A program made the position numbers and the translations under genes. The notes under the pieces are model-generated. The model made no database searches, was not told where the DNA came from, and saw nothing but the letters and a program-made list of their open reading frames with translations. Source: Selaginella moellendorffii (Eukaryota > Plantae > Lycopodiophyta). Taken from it: a stretch of 64,000 nt of DNA. Shown one piece after another: positions 37,389 through 49,842 of this stretch. Positions within the stretch are counted from its first letter, which is position 1; the number at the start of each line of letters is the position of its first letter. The DNA lies in contig NW_003314271.1 of assembly GCF_000143415.4 (NCBI RefSeq), forward strand, positions 1,322,204 to 1,386,203, given 5' to 3'.

Positions 37389-40300
37389 TGTGAGACACAA
37401 AATCCCTAGGCCCCAAAGTGGAGCCGAAAGGGTGCCACGTGGTAGTGGCCGAAGCGAAAGCCAAATGAACGTAACACATTTGGACTAAAAGCTCCGACTT
37501 GAAAAGTCAAGAGTGGGAGTGGAACTCTCAACGACATGCTCGAGGAACAAGCATAAAGCAAGCAATAAGTGAGTCTCTTCTATAGAAAAGGGACACAAGA
37601 GGACCAACATATGACACGTGGAGGAGTCCGAGATGGAGTCCGAGAAGAACCTGAAATGGAGTCTGAGATGGACCCGAAATGGAGTCCAAGATGGAGTCTG
37701 AGATGGACCCGAGATGGAGTCCAAGATGGAGTCCAAGATAAAGTCTGAGATGGAATCCGAGATGGAATCCGAGATAGAGTCCGATAAGGACCTGAGATGG
37801 AGTCTGAAGTCGAGATCGAGACCTAGACCGGGACCAAGACCGGGACCGAGACCGGGACCAAGACCGAGATCGAGATCGAGGCCGAGGCCGAGACTGAGCC
37901 CAAGCCCAAGTCCAAGTCCGAGTCCGAGTCTAAGTCTGAGGGGGTGAAAGCCCAAAGTGTTCGTCTCCTAGACCCTGCGGGGTTTGGTGAGCTCCAAAAG
38001 TATAGTAGGGGGAGGACTCCAGTGGAGCAAATTTGGCCAGGAAAGGCCAGTTTGTCCCAGGAAGGCTGTACCCAAGTGTTGGGTGATGGGATAACCACTG
38101 GGAAGTCCAAGGCTAGAGTGAATACTAACTGACAAGTGGGGTAGCTTGGTGAAGTGTTCAAGAGCTAGCTCTAGTTCCCCTGGGAAATTGAATGGTCGAT
38201 GCTCCCAATCCAAGTGTGGGTGGCACTACCTGCTTGGATACCTGGCGTGGCTCAATGGAACCTCGCTCTAAGCCTATGGCTAGAGCACCCAAAGGTGGAA
38301 GGTAGGGAGAGTACCCATAAGGCTCGCGTAGGGCCACGATGTTCTGAAATGGGGTCCCAAAGGCCCAAACTATGGAAAGGAAGAGGAGTAATCCTCTAGT
38401 GTAGTGACCAAGGATATAGTTGGGTGATGAGGAAGTCCTAGAGGACCATGGGACTTAGTGTTCGGGCTTGTGGGCCTCGATCTAGTGGCAGTGTTGGCGA
38501 ACACAGCCATGGGCAGAAAGGGATTTGGTGGGGACCGGAAAAAGAGATATTGGGGAAGGCTATTCCCCATGCCTGTGGGCATCCTAAAGATGTTAAGGAG
38601 TGGATTTGGGATGATCACTCATGGACAAATGGCCCAGTCTTTGAGAGATGGGGCTGTGATGCAAGTGGTGTCAGACCACCAATGTGACCAAAGTGAATGA
38701 GCATGGCCTTAGCATAACAGGCTAATACGTCAGTGGTACCTTGGGGTGTCGGTCATAGGATCAGACACGTGGAGCATTTGGACCAAGTGCAATAGTTGAG
38801 TGGCATGGATGCCATTCTTGGGGCTAGCAAGTCCCTAAGTCCAAAATAGGATTTATGGAGGTTGTGAGTGAGACTCCTCCAAATAGTCAGAGGTGTGGAA
38901 AGTATCTTCTCTGTGAACCTGGTGAGTACGCACTTTAAGTTTAAACACAAGCTCTGTATGCAAGAGCGTGGCCACCCCCAGATGCTAAAATGGCGTTAAC
39001 AGCTACTGTTGAAGATACCCATGTTGGGCCGAGCTCACAACCTGCACAAGGTAAGGTCACGTGAGGCCTCACGCCATTTTGATTATAGATCGTTTTGAAT
39101 ATTCAGACACGAGGACTGAAAAGCACACTGGTGGCACGTCGAAGAAGGACAAACAGACAAGCAATAGGAAAAAAGGAGGTACAAATTATATTTGCAATGG
39201 CGTGTGGTCTCATGCCATTCCTTGCAGGAGACACTTCTTCAAAGGCAAAATAGGCAAGCACCAGCCAAGTACAACGGACGAGAGGTACCAATCATTTTTG
39301 TTATACGTGAATTCTAATGCCATTGCTTCTTGCAGCTCAAATTCCAAAGAGACTAGGGCAAGCAGCGCAGACCTCACGACAAGAACCTGAAGGTTTAATG
39401 GCGTGTGGCCCCACGCAATTAACTAATGTTCTTGCAAATTGCGTCGAGGAAATCGAACGGAACAACGTGCCTCCAGTGGAGGAGGGGGAGGCCTCGGAGA
39501 GTGATAAGGAGAGTTCCGAAATAGGTACAATCATGACATATGGCCCCATGCACTTATCTAAGTTTGTATTTCAGGGGAACGAGTTGAACTAATGGAAAAC
39601 TTTATGAAAGGTAACTTAAAAATATTATGGGATGTTGCATGTGTTGATGCAATAATATACAGTTCAAGTGCCAAGGAGACGTCGTGAACCTCGAATTAGG
39701 CTACCTGCAAAACAGCTTTCAGACGCTGTAGACAAAGAGATGGACAACCGACCAGGGCAGAGGAGGAAGGGTAAAAGCATTTGTGTGCTTATTGCGTATG
39801 TCCTCATGCTATTTCTGTAGAACGGGCGCATAAGAAACAAAAGCGAAAGGGAATTGAGGAGCAGGCACCTGAGGATGCGGAAGGCACGACAGAGCCTCCA
39901 AGGACAGGAAGTAAAGCGTCATGGTTATTGCATGGGTCCTCATGCCATTTCTTGCAGATCAAGCTCAAACTGACAGTGGTCATAAAAAGCGAAAGCACGT
40001 TAGACAGTCATCGGGATCAGAGGCGTTTGATTCGAAAAGGAAGAAGGGCAACGAAAAGATGATATGTAATGCCTCGTGGTTATGGCGTGTGTGCTTATGC
40101 CATTCATTGCAAATCAAGGGCTGAGTGAAAGCAGCCAGTCACCACCTCCTGACTCAGATTCCTATGGCGGACTCCCCTTCCCCAATCTCAATGGAGAGGT
40201 ACAATGGATGAGGGATGTTTTTCAAGTCAGAGCCACGTTTTTCTCATCTCGTCGTCTTCGAAGGGTGCAAGAACGTGCAGAAACCATGTTAAGACAGTCG

Positions 40301-42920
40301 GGTGAGGATACGGTCCTAGGTCACGCACTAAAACAGGCTATGGATGTCTTGTATTTTGAGATGGAGACTCAGCCAGATGATTTTCCCAAGATGGTCCTGG
40401 AAAAACAAGCCATCCAGCCTGAGCAGCCTATGGAAGAAATGCAGGAGGGGGATGAGGAGCCAAAGAAAGATAATGAGCAGGAAGAGCAGAAGGACGAAGA
40501 GGAGGACAAAGAAGAGGAGGACGAAGAAGAGGAGGACAAAGAGGACTTGGATGGTCCTCACAATGGTGATGATCACAATAACGACGATGACAATAATGAC
40601 GACGATGGCCAGCCTGAGGTGGCCAAAGAGCAGCGGAGGAAGGTCATACAAGACAAACCATCAGGTAAATAATAGTACATCCATTCCTAACCTTTTACCA
40701 TTTCTAACATTGTCCATGTAGGTCGTAGAGCAAATGGTAAGTAGAGATTATTCAGTTGAATTAAGATACAAACTCTAGCCTTTAGTGTCGAGGAAGGATA
40801 GTGCCAAGCAAGGGTCGAAACGTATGTCCAATCCTTCAGAATCAGCAGTGCGCCCAAGTGATATTGGTCCTAGTTCCTCAATAGCAGTTGATGGTAAATA
40901 CAGTATAGTCGATTCAATGTGCTAATGAGTTTTTTTTTAGTAGCACGGGAGGATACCATCTCAATCGAAGGGAGATATTTGGACATGCATATGGATCCGC
41001 CAGTGGACTCTACTTGCCTGCAAGAGTCATCAGAGCTAGTGGAGGCTACTATCCATATCAACGCCAAGCAAGCTGACCACGCTCCACTTGATGCTGCTCA
41101 TACCACTGAGTCAATTTTGTCCACGTATCCAACTGACGGTGACCAGGCGCCATTGGACCCGCATGAGGCCGCCCCAGCCGCCGAGCCGGTCGTATCCTCA
41201 TTTCCAACGGACTCAACGTGTGCCCAATCGTCTGACTACGCGCCATTGGAACCTCCCTACACCGCCCCTGCTGCCTGTTCGGTCATGTCCACTTTGCCAA
41301 CGGAGGCACCAGCTGAAATGGCGTGTGATCACACGCCATTGGAACCACCCCATGCCACTGTTGAGCCAGTTGTACCAGAGTCTACAGCTGAAATGGCATA
41401 TGCCCACATGCCATCGGATGCGATTGACCCCACATTACAGAGGAGAGTATTTCCGCCCTTCACGTTTCCTCGACCAAAACCCTCTCAACGACCATCGGGA
41501 GCACCATTCGCTAATATTGTAGATGGTAAAATTGACTTGTACCATTTTTTATGCTGACGCATTTCATTTCAGAGTCACGGCGAAGGTACTGTATCGTTTT
41601 TGATCTGAACGGTGTCCTTTTCTCCCATGAGCGTGGCTCGTCCTCGAATGTCACTGCACCCTCCAAAGCCTGCGGTCGCAAGTTGGTCAAAAGAGACAGA
41701 TTCACATTAATCACACGGGAGAAACTGCGGGATCTAATAATGACCATGCGACACTTAAAACAGAGGGCCGGGTTCAATTTGCAATTGGGAGTTTGGACAT
41801 CCATGATGCACCACAATGCATTAATGTTGCTACAGATGATGCACGATCAGACGCGAGTAATATTACCATTTGACTTTCTCCTAACGCAGGAGGATTGCTT
41901 GACTATGGTCCATGTGAGGGGTAGCAAGCCCATCTTCGTCAAGCTAGAGGCTGTAGTGATGAACCGGACTGCTAGGTCAAGTGAAATCCTCATCATCGAT
42001 AACTCGCCGATTAAAACTGCAACGAACACGCACACATATGCAGTGCACCCCATCTCTTGCAGTATGGAAACTAGGGAGAAGAAACCGTATGTTCTGGGGG
42101 ACCTTGCAAAACGGCTTGGAGCGATGGTGATAGAGAACCGGCCAGTCCAGGAGGTGGCTGCAGAAATCAACCAAATGGCAAATGGAACGGTATATTAGAA
42201 GCCATTTGATCGGACAGACACCAGTCATCATTTATGGCATGTATATTGTCTAGCCAAGCACTATCCGCATCTCCATAATCTGCTCAACCGGATGGGTTCT
42301 TTGACCATTGAACATGAGCGTGGATGTATTAGAGAAGAGATGGCATTACTATTGGGTTTAAATCCTGATAATGTGGAGAGTGATGAAATTCCAAGATTAT
42401 TGTATAGGCGTTGGAGGCAAAAAATAACAGTCTGAGATGGCATGTATTTATTTAAAAATGTAACTTATTATGGCATGGGGTTCCATGCCATTGTATTAAT
42501 ATTAAAAGACAATTCTTTGAGAGGATTTGCATTATACTAGAAGTGTTACAACATATTATTGGAAGTCTACAAAGTTGTTTTATTAATAAGGGGAAAGTAA
42601 AGATTGAATGGGGACTTGGGCTCTACCTAGACTCGGAGCAACTGAGCCAATATTAAAAGGATGGAAAGAAATTGGACGACAATGACAAGGAGAAGAGAGA
42701 GGTGAAGCAGTGGCAGGGGGAGGAGAAGTGATTGAGTAGACATTTCCTTGTTTAAAATAAAATGGCATGTGCCTCAATGCAATTGAATTTTGTTATATTT
42801 ATATACTATATAAAGGTTTGGAAACCTTATTTTACAAGTGGGATAATGACAATTCCCACTTTAACGAAATAGAGCTTTGGTTAAGTGACTAAAGTAGAAT
42901 GGAAAATTTAGTCACTTACA
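37389..42920 (+). repeat. Family-A 3' LTR interrupted by a truncated DNA transposon copy
   Basis: LTR sequence 37389-38898 resumes at 42878 (TGGTTAAGTGACT...CTTACA). Confidence 0.88.
38899..42877 (-). mobile_element. One-ended inverted copy of the left ~3.3 kb of the Sola-like transposon
   Basis: Reverse complement of 9016-~12290 including the TIR at 42854-42877. Carries an extra 694 bp (39270-39963). The NIF exon has a premature TAG at 42196. Confidence 0.92.
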
Positions 42921-45900
42921 ATCTTATCTCTCACTTGATAGGATACATCCTAACAATGTTGATCCTTATCACATCAATAAGTATCCTAAGCTTTGTCCAT
43001 CATCTTAGTAGCTAAAGACCAACCTTGGTGTAGCTACTCCACATAAGTCTTAATGGTAGAGACCACCACTTTGGATATTGGTTTCAATACAACAATCTAT
43101 TAAGGAACCCCACAAGCATTCCCTTGCAACATCTCCTATGGAGAACAGCCAATAGCACTATGAAATGTGTTATTATAATAGATTTTTGCTATGTTCAAAT
43201 GCTCAACTTAGTCACATTGCTCTACTGCAACATAGTACTATAGATAATCTTCAACTTGAGCATTCACATGTTTCTACCCATCAGTTTGAGGATGATAAGC
43301 TATACTAAATTTCAACTTGGTACTAAATAACTAGAATAGTGTGCCCAAAAACTTTCCCATAAAACTTAAATCTATCCAAGATCATCTCTTCGGGAAGACC
43401 ATGAACCCATACTACTTCATGGAAAAAAAAGCTTTATTATTTGCTTCACATTCATTGCTTTCATAGTTAGAATGAAGTGTGCAATTTTCGACAAGTAATC
43501 CACAACCACCATCAAGTATCATAACCCTTAGACTTCAGCAAGCAAGTGATAAAGTTAAGTATCACACTCTAAAATGGCCATGCTAATGCTAGAATGCACT
43601 ACAACTTCCTAGCCTACTTCTCAAATCTTCACTTACACTGCTAACATATAGGGCAAGAACAAACATAGTTGCATCACCTTCCATACCAAATAAGAAAAAT
43701 CCCTTTTTCAATAAAGAAAGAGTCTTTAGTTTACCATTATGTCCTCCTGCCGGAACATTATGATGTTCCCATAGAAACTATTGTCGCAAATCCTTAGAGG
43801 GAAGATACAATCTTTCTTACTTATAGAAAATAAACCTATTCCGAACTAAGAAGTGAAGTTTTGCATTGGCACGACTAAGGTTTAGCTTCAACAACTCCGC
43901 ACAATGCAAGATTGCCTTCGCCAATGGATCACTTCCATATGAAACCCGAATGTCCTTCAACCAATTTGAACTAATTGCCAATATTGCTTGGAATTGAGAT
44001 GACTTAACACATCTGAAACAATATTGTCTTTACCATGTTGTTAGATACTTTCAATATCAAATTTAGTGAGCTTCTTTTGCTAATGAGCCTACTTTGGCAT
44101 AAGCTTTGGGTATGTAGCAAAGCAGTGTAGTGTGTTACTATCCATATAAACTTTGATATGTCCACTCTCCAATATTTCAATGCCGACACTATAGCAAACA
44201 TCTCTTTCTCATATATAAACCATCTTCATTGGGTCTTATCCAACTTCTTGGAATAAAATATAACAGGACAACCACGTCACCTTAGTGTAACACCAACCAT
44301 ATTGTCACAATCTTGTTGCAACATGGCATCTATAGCATAGCTAGATACATCACAATGCACTTCGAAGGGTTTATCAAAATCTAGGATCTTGAGAATAGGA
44401 ACCGTAGTCAAAATCTCCTTCAACCATATAAAATCACATTGACAAGTTAGTGTCAAATAAAATCGTATACTACCTTTTGTTAACTCAGTTAACGGAAGAG
44501 TAGTACTTGCAAAATTGTAAATAAACTTGCAATAGTATCCCTCCAAACTGAGAAAGGAACAAACATTTGCTAATGAGGATGTGTATTGATTATTGGGCTC
44601 TTAACAAGATCACAATCAAAAATAGTTATTCTTTATTTCGCATTGATGACCTTTTTGACTAGCTCTTAAAGGCTAAGTATTTTATGGGACTTGATTTGTG
44701 GTCTGGGTATCATCAAATACAGATGGCAAATCAATATGTGGAAAAGATAGTCTTTAAGACTTAGTACAAATCCTATGAGTTCCTTGTTATGCCGTCCAAG
44801 TTATGTAATGCCCTAGCTATGTTCAGTACAATGATGGATAAAATATTTGGAGATTATTTAGACACGTTTGTTATTCTATATATTGATGATATTCTAGTCT
44901 TCAATGAAACATTGAAAGATCATTTGAAACACTTAGAGCTAGTGTTTTAGAAGTTTCATGAACACAAAGTGAATGCTAAGGAAAGTAAATATGCTTTTGG
45001 ACAATTGCATGTGAATTTTCTTGGGCATATAGTCGGTGGTGCCATAATTGAAGTGGATCCAAAGAAGGTGGAAGTAGTGAAGTTCTTAAAAGTTTTGATC
45101 ACTATAACAAAAAGAACCGGCACTCCATAAGGTGACTTGTTTGGTTGGATATGACATTTGCTAAGAAACTCTATGAGTTTCTTCTTAAGTTTAGCCATCT
45201 TCTTGATGTTCAAATGATATGGAGCCTTTATAAGTGGTTCAAAATCCAGAAAAATCTTAATTTGATGATCAATCTCACGGCTAAGAGGTACCCTTGGTGG
45301 CAAATCCTTTCGAAAGATATCTTAATTCCACACCAACAACTCTAATATTTCCTTTGGTATAGGATTAACCCTATCACCAATTTGAATTGGGTCACCATTA
45401 CCCTTAGCTTTCATCACTTAACCCAAAAAGTCTGACATCCCTTTTTAGCTACTTTTTGAGTAGCTCTCATAGTCAAGAATTTAGCATCCTAATCCTTTGA
45501 AGAATGCTTTTGCAATTGAAAGGACACATCAAGATGTTCTTCTTACCTCAATGTATAAATAGCTTTGATATATTTGTTGAAAAAATCCATACTAAACACC
45601 ATCTGAAAACCTAGTATCTTCAACACTACCAAGTCCAACCTTTCTTTCCACTTGCATATTTTTATTGGAACATCACTCACAAATCTTTTAACAATTTGCC
45701 CACCTTTCGTAAACCAGAAGTATATGGGCAACATTTGCTTGGCATTCAATCCTAACAACTTAACTAAGTCTTTGGATATCATGTTGTACATAACTCCCAT
45801 GTTAATCATCACTTAGATTCAGTGTTTGTGGACAAAGCCTACTAGATACATTAACAGATTAATATTTTTATTGACTACAAGAAAAACTTAAGGGAAGTAA

Positions 45901-46599
45901 TAAAAATAACTCACCTCCTATTCCTTATAGTCTGCATTGACCAATTCGTCAACCCCTTCAGCTTTACCACCATCGTCTTCCCTTATGATATTAACACAAA
46001 ACCCTGTTTTATGCTTGTTGGGACATTCCGAGGACCTATGCCCTACCTCTTCACAATGGAAGCAATGACGCACACTAGCCATTCTGTTAGGAGCAAGTTT
46101 TGCAAGTTATTGTTGCTTGTACCCACCAAGAAGAGGAATAAAGGGCTTAGGACCAAAAGAAGTTGCTAGTGGTCACTAACCACCTTTGCTAACTATTGCT
46201 TATGAGCCTCCAAAGCAGAATTTTCCTTCCATCCTTTATTTTCAATAACCTTGTTTATTCCTAGAGTTCTTATTCTTGTCTTAGGTATCAGTATATGGCT
46301 ACTGATATTGTTCCATGAGCGAGTGATTGAAGGCAATTTGTTATGTTGCCTCTTTACATTCTAGGTATGCCTTTAGCTTAAACTTCAAATCTCATTATAA
46401 AATAGTGAACTCAAACTTTCTAGGAAATAACTTTGAGCATCTTCGTCACTCATATTTGCAATTATAATGTGCTTCTAAGTAAATGCATTAATGTAATGCA
46501 TAAAGTCCCCACACTGCTTTAATTGCCACAACTCCATGTGAAGTCTCAAACCAAGATTATCTGGTAAGTATTCTTTACAAATACGAGACTACATCTTAC
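42921..46599 (-). pseudogene. Decayed gag-pol of the outermost chromovirus, with an inverted RT core
   Basis: Minus-strand AYHPQTDG (~43280), FEVHCDVS (44277-44546), SPYGVPVLF (~45110), protease-like 45543-45812. Plus-strand RT core at ~44570-45085. Confidence 0.8.
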
Positions 46600-48464
46600 T
46601 GTGAGACACAAAATCCCTAGGCCCCAAAGTGGAGCCGGAAAGGGTGCCACGTGGTAGTGGCCGAAGCAAAAGCCAAACAAGCATAACACGTTTGGACAAA
46701 AAGCTCCAACTTGGAAGGTCGAGAGCGGGAGTGGAACTCCCAACAAAGTGCTCAAGGAGCAAGCATGAGGCAACCAATAAGCAAGGCCCCAAGAAGGACC
46801 CAAAAAGGACCAACGCATGACACGTGGAAGTGTCTAAGATGGAGTCCGAGATAGACCTGAAGTGGAGTCCGAGATGGAGTCCGAGATGGACTCGAGATAG
46901 AGTCTGAGATGGACCCGAGTTGGAGTCCGAAATGGACCCGAAGTGGAGTCCAAGATAGAGTCTGAGATGGACCCGAGATGGAGTCCAAGATGGACCCGAG
47001 ATGGAGTCCGAGATGGACCCGAGATGGAGTCTGAGATGGACCCGAGATGGACTCGAGATGGACCCGAGATGGAGTCCGAGATGGACCTGAGATGGAGTCC
47101 GAGATGGACCCGAGATGGACCCGAGATGGAGTCCGAGATGGAGTCCGAGATGGACCTAAGATGGAGTCTGAGATGGACCTAAGATGGAGTCCGAGATGGA
47201 CCCGAGATGGAGTCCGAGATGGACCCGAGATGGAGTCCGAGATGGACCCGAGATGGAGTTCGAGATGGAGTCCGAGATGGAATACGAGATGGACCCGATA
47301 TGGAGTCCAAGATGGAATCGAGACCAAGACCGAGGCCAAGACCAAGTCCAAGTCCGAAACCGGGACCGAGACCGAATCTAAGTCCGAGTCCGAGTCCGAG
47401 TCCAAGTCCAAGTCCGAGTCCGAATACTAATACAGGTAGTTGGGTGAAAGCCTAAAGCGATCGTCCCCCAAGGGGGGGGGCTGCGGGGGGTTCCAAAAGT
47501 ATAGTAGGGAGAGTGTGGGGGTTGGAGCCCAGTGGAGCCAGTTTGGCCAGGAAAGGCCAGTTTGGCCCAGGAAAAGCCAATTTGGCCCAGGAAGGCCATG
47601 CCCAGTGTTGGGTGATGAACTGACCACTGAGAAGTCCAAGACTAGAGTGAATACAGACTAACAAGCACGGTAGCTTGGTGAAGTGTTCAAGAGCTGACTC
47701 TAGTTCCCCAGGGAGATCGACTGGCCGATGCTCCCAGTCCAAGTGTGGGTGGCACTACCTACTTGGATACCTGGCATGGCTCAATAGAACCTTGCTCTAA
47801 GCCCATGGCTAGAGCACCCAAAGGTGGAAGGCGGGGAAAGTACCCAGGAGGCCCGTATAGGGCCACGGTGTTCCGAAATGTTGTTCCAAAGGCCTAGACT
47901 GTGGAAAGGAAGAGGAGTAGTCCTCTAGTGTAGTGACCAAGGATACAGTTGGGTGGTGAGGAAGTCCTAGAGGACCGTGGGACTTAGTGGTCGGGCCTGT
48001 GGGCCTCGATCTAGTGGTAGTGTTGGTGAACACGGCCATGGGTAGAAAGGGACTTGGTGGGGACCGGAAAAGGAATATTAGGGAAGGCTAATCCCCACGT
48101 CTATGGGCATCCTAAGGATGCTAAGGTGTGGATCTGGATTGATCACTCATGGACGGATGGCCTTGTCCTCGGGAGACGGGATTGTGATGTAGGTGGTTTT
48201 AGACCACCAGTGTGACCAAGGTGAAGGGGCATAGCTTTAGCATAACAGGCTGATATGTCATCAATACCTTGGGGTGTCGGTTATGGGATCGGACACATGG
48301 AGCACTTGGACTAGGTGCAAAAGTTGAGTGGCGGGGATGCCATTCTCGAGGCTAGCAAGCCCAAGTCCAAAATAGGATTTATGGAGGTTGTAAGAGAGAC
48401 TCTTCCAAGTGGTCGGAGGTGTGGTTAAGTGACTAAAGTAGAATGGAAAATTTGGTCGCTTACA
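46600..48464 (+). mobile_element. Family-A solo LTR with an expanded minisatellite
   Basis: TGTGAG...TTACA; 5-bp TSD CTTAC. GAGATGGAGTCC/GAGATGGACCC array plus hexamers at ~46836-47424. Confidence 0.93.
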
Positions 48465-49657
48465 CTTACTCTAACTTCTAGTTTACCCTTTTTCAGCACA
48501 CACCTAATGCCACTAATTTTTGGCATGATTGGTGAGAAAGAACTGTATGCACACAACTTTTGTACAATCACCTCAGAAACAGAGGGAAGATACAATCTTT
48601 CTTGCTTAAGCCCATCCCAAATTAAGAATTAAAGCTTTGCATTAGCACGAATAACAACTTTTGCTACTTTGATACCATATATAGTGCATTTTATTTCTCT
48701 CCCCTACTGAGTTAAGAGGAATTAACACCTCCATTTCCACATTGAAATTATCAATTCTTCTATTATGTAGATCAACTGTTCCATATAAGATAATTAATCA
48801 TCCACCTATACCGCAATCCTATGGTAGATACATTATCCATGGATGCCTTATAAGACAAAGGACATACTTATGAATTCTCAATATATACGATTTCAATTTT
48901 AGAGGTAGAAATATACTTTGCTCAAGGGTATATTATATTTTAAATAGCCATTAATCAATGGGAATCAAACCCATACCATTTGCTCTAATACCACATATAT
49001 CTATTTCCCTTTAAAATAACAAAAAAAGATAATTATTTGACCTTAATGATTAATTTATCCCCATTTATCCCTCAAGGTTCCAAGGATCCATAGTGATAAT
49101 ATATTCAAATCTCATCCCATAATCATATGTGTTATAATATGCAACAAGTTTACATCAATAATTATTTTTTACCTTTCCAAATGATATATAGCCTTGCAAA
49201 ACTTAATTAATAATTTTAAAATTTTGACAAACATGATATTTAAAAGCATAAAAACACATAGTATGGATTTAAAGAAAGTGTGAAGAAGGTAATTTTTTCT
49301 TCAAATAAATATTATTTTATTTTAAGTTTTAAATAACTTATTGATTACAAAGTAAATATTTAAATTCTTTGATAAGAAGTTTCCCTCAAACGAATTTATT
49401 TATATAAACTGTAGAGAAATATTAAAATAAAGACTTTTTTAAAATTATGATATTTTTATTAAACTACAATTGAAAAAATGAGATTAGCTTGCGAGCTGAA
49501 CACTTTAGCTTATGAGCTAAAATCTTTCACTCATGAGCTTAAAAGTGATCTAAACTCTAGCTTAACAAAAGAAATTAAACTACCAAATATCAATCCCAAT
49601 ATATAATATGACTTTCCTAGCCAACCAATAAAGTCAAATTAAGTTCTCAGTACAAGG

Positions 49658-49842
49658 AGTAAACTTTTTAGTTTAAGCTTTTAGGGATATCACCCATCCA
49701 ATACTATCCAACCTCAAGATGTTTAATTTCAATTACTCCAAAACTTTTAAGCGATTGAAAAAGAAATTATTCTTTTATTCATAAGTATTTTTGTTAACCC
49801 TAATGAACCTTTTCATAAGCCATTCTTTTTGGCTGTTGATAC
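49658..49842 (-). mobile_element. Highly decayed copy of the 5S-bearing LTR
   Basis: GGGATATCACCCATCCAATACTATCC...TTAAGCGATTGAAAAAG aligns by eye with 31318-31400, mostly via C>T/G>A changes. Confidence 0.55.

Larger units (their letters stand above)
575..42920 (+). mobile_element. Family-A LTR element, non-autonomous or decayed, hosting nested insertions
   Basis: 5' LTR 575-3441 (TGTGAG...TTACA) with Met-PBS TGGTATC at 3445. PPT-like GGGTGGTGGAGT precedes the 3' LTR 37389-42920. Flanks ACCTG/ATCTT form a degenerate 5-bp TSD and the host reading frame joins across them. No intact pol in its own internal segments. Confidence 0.75.
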
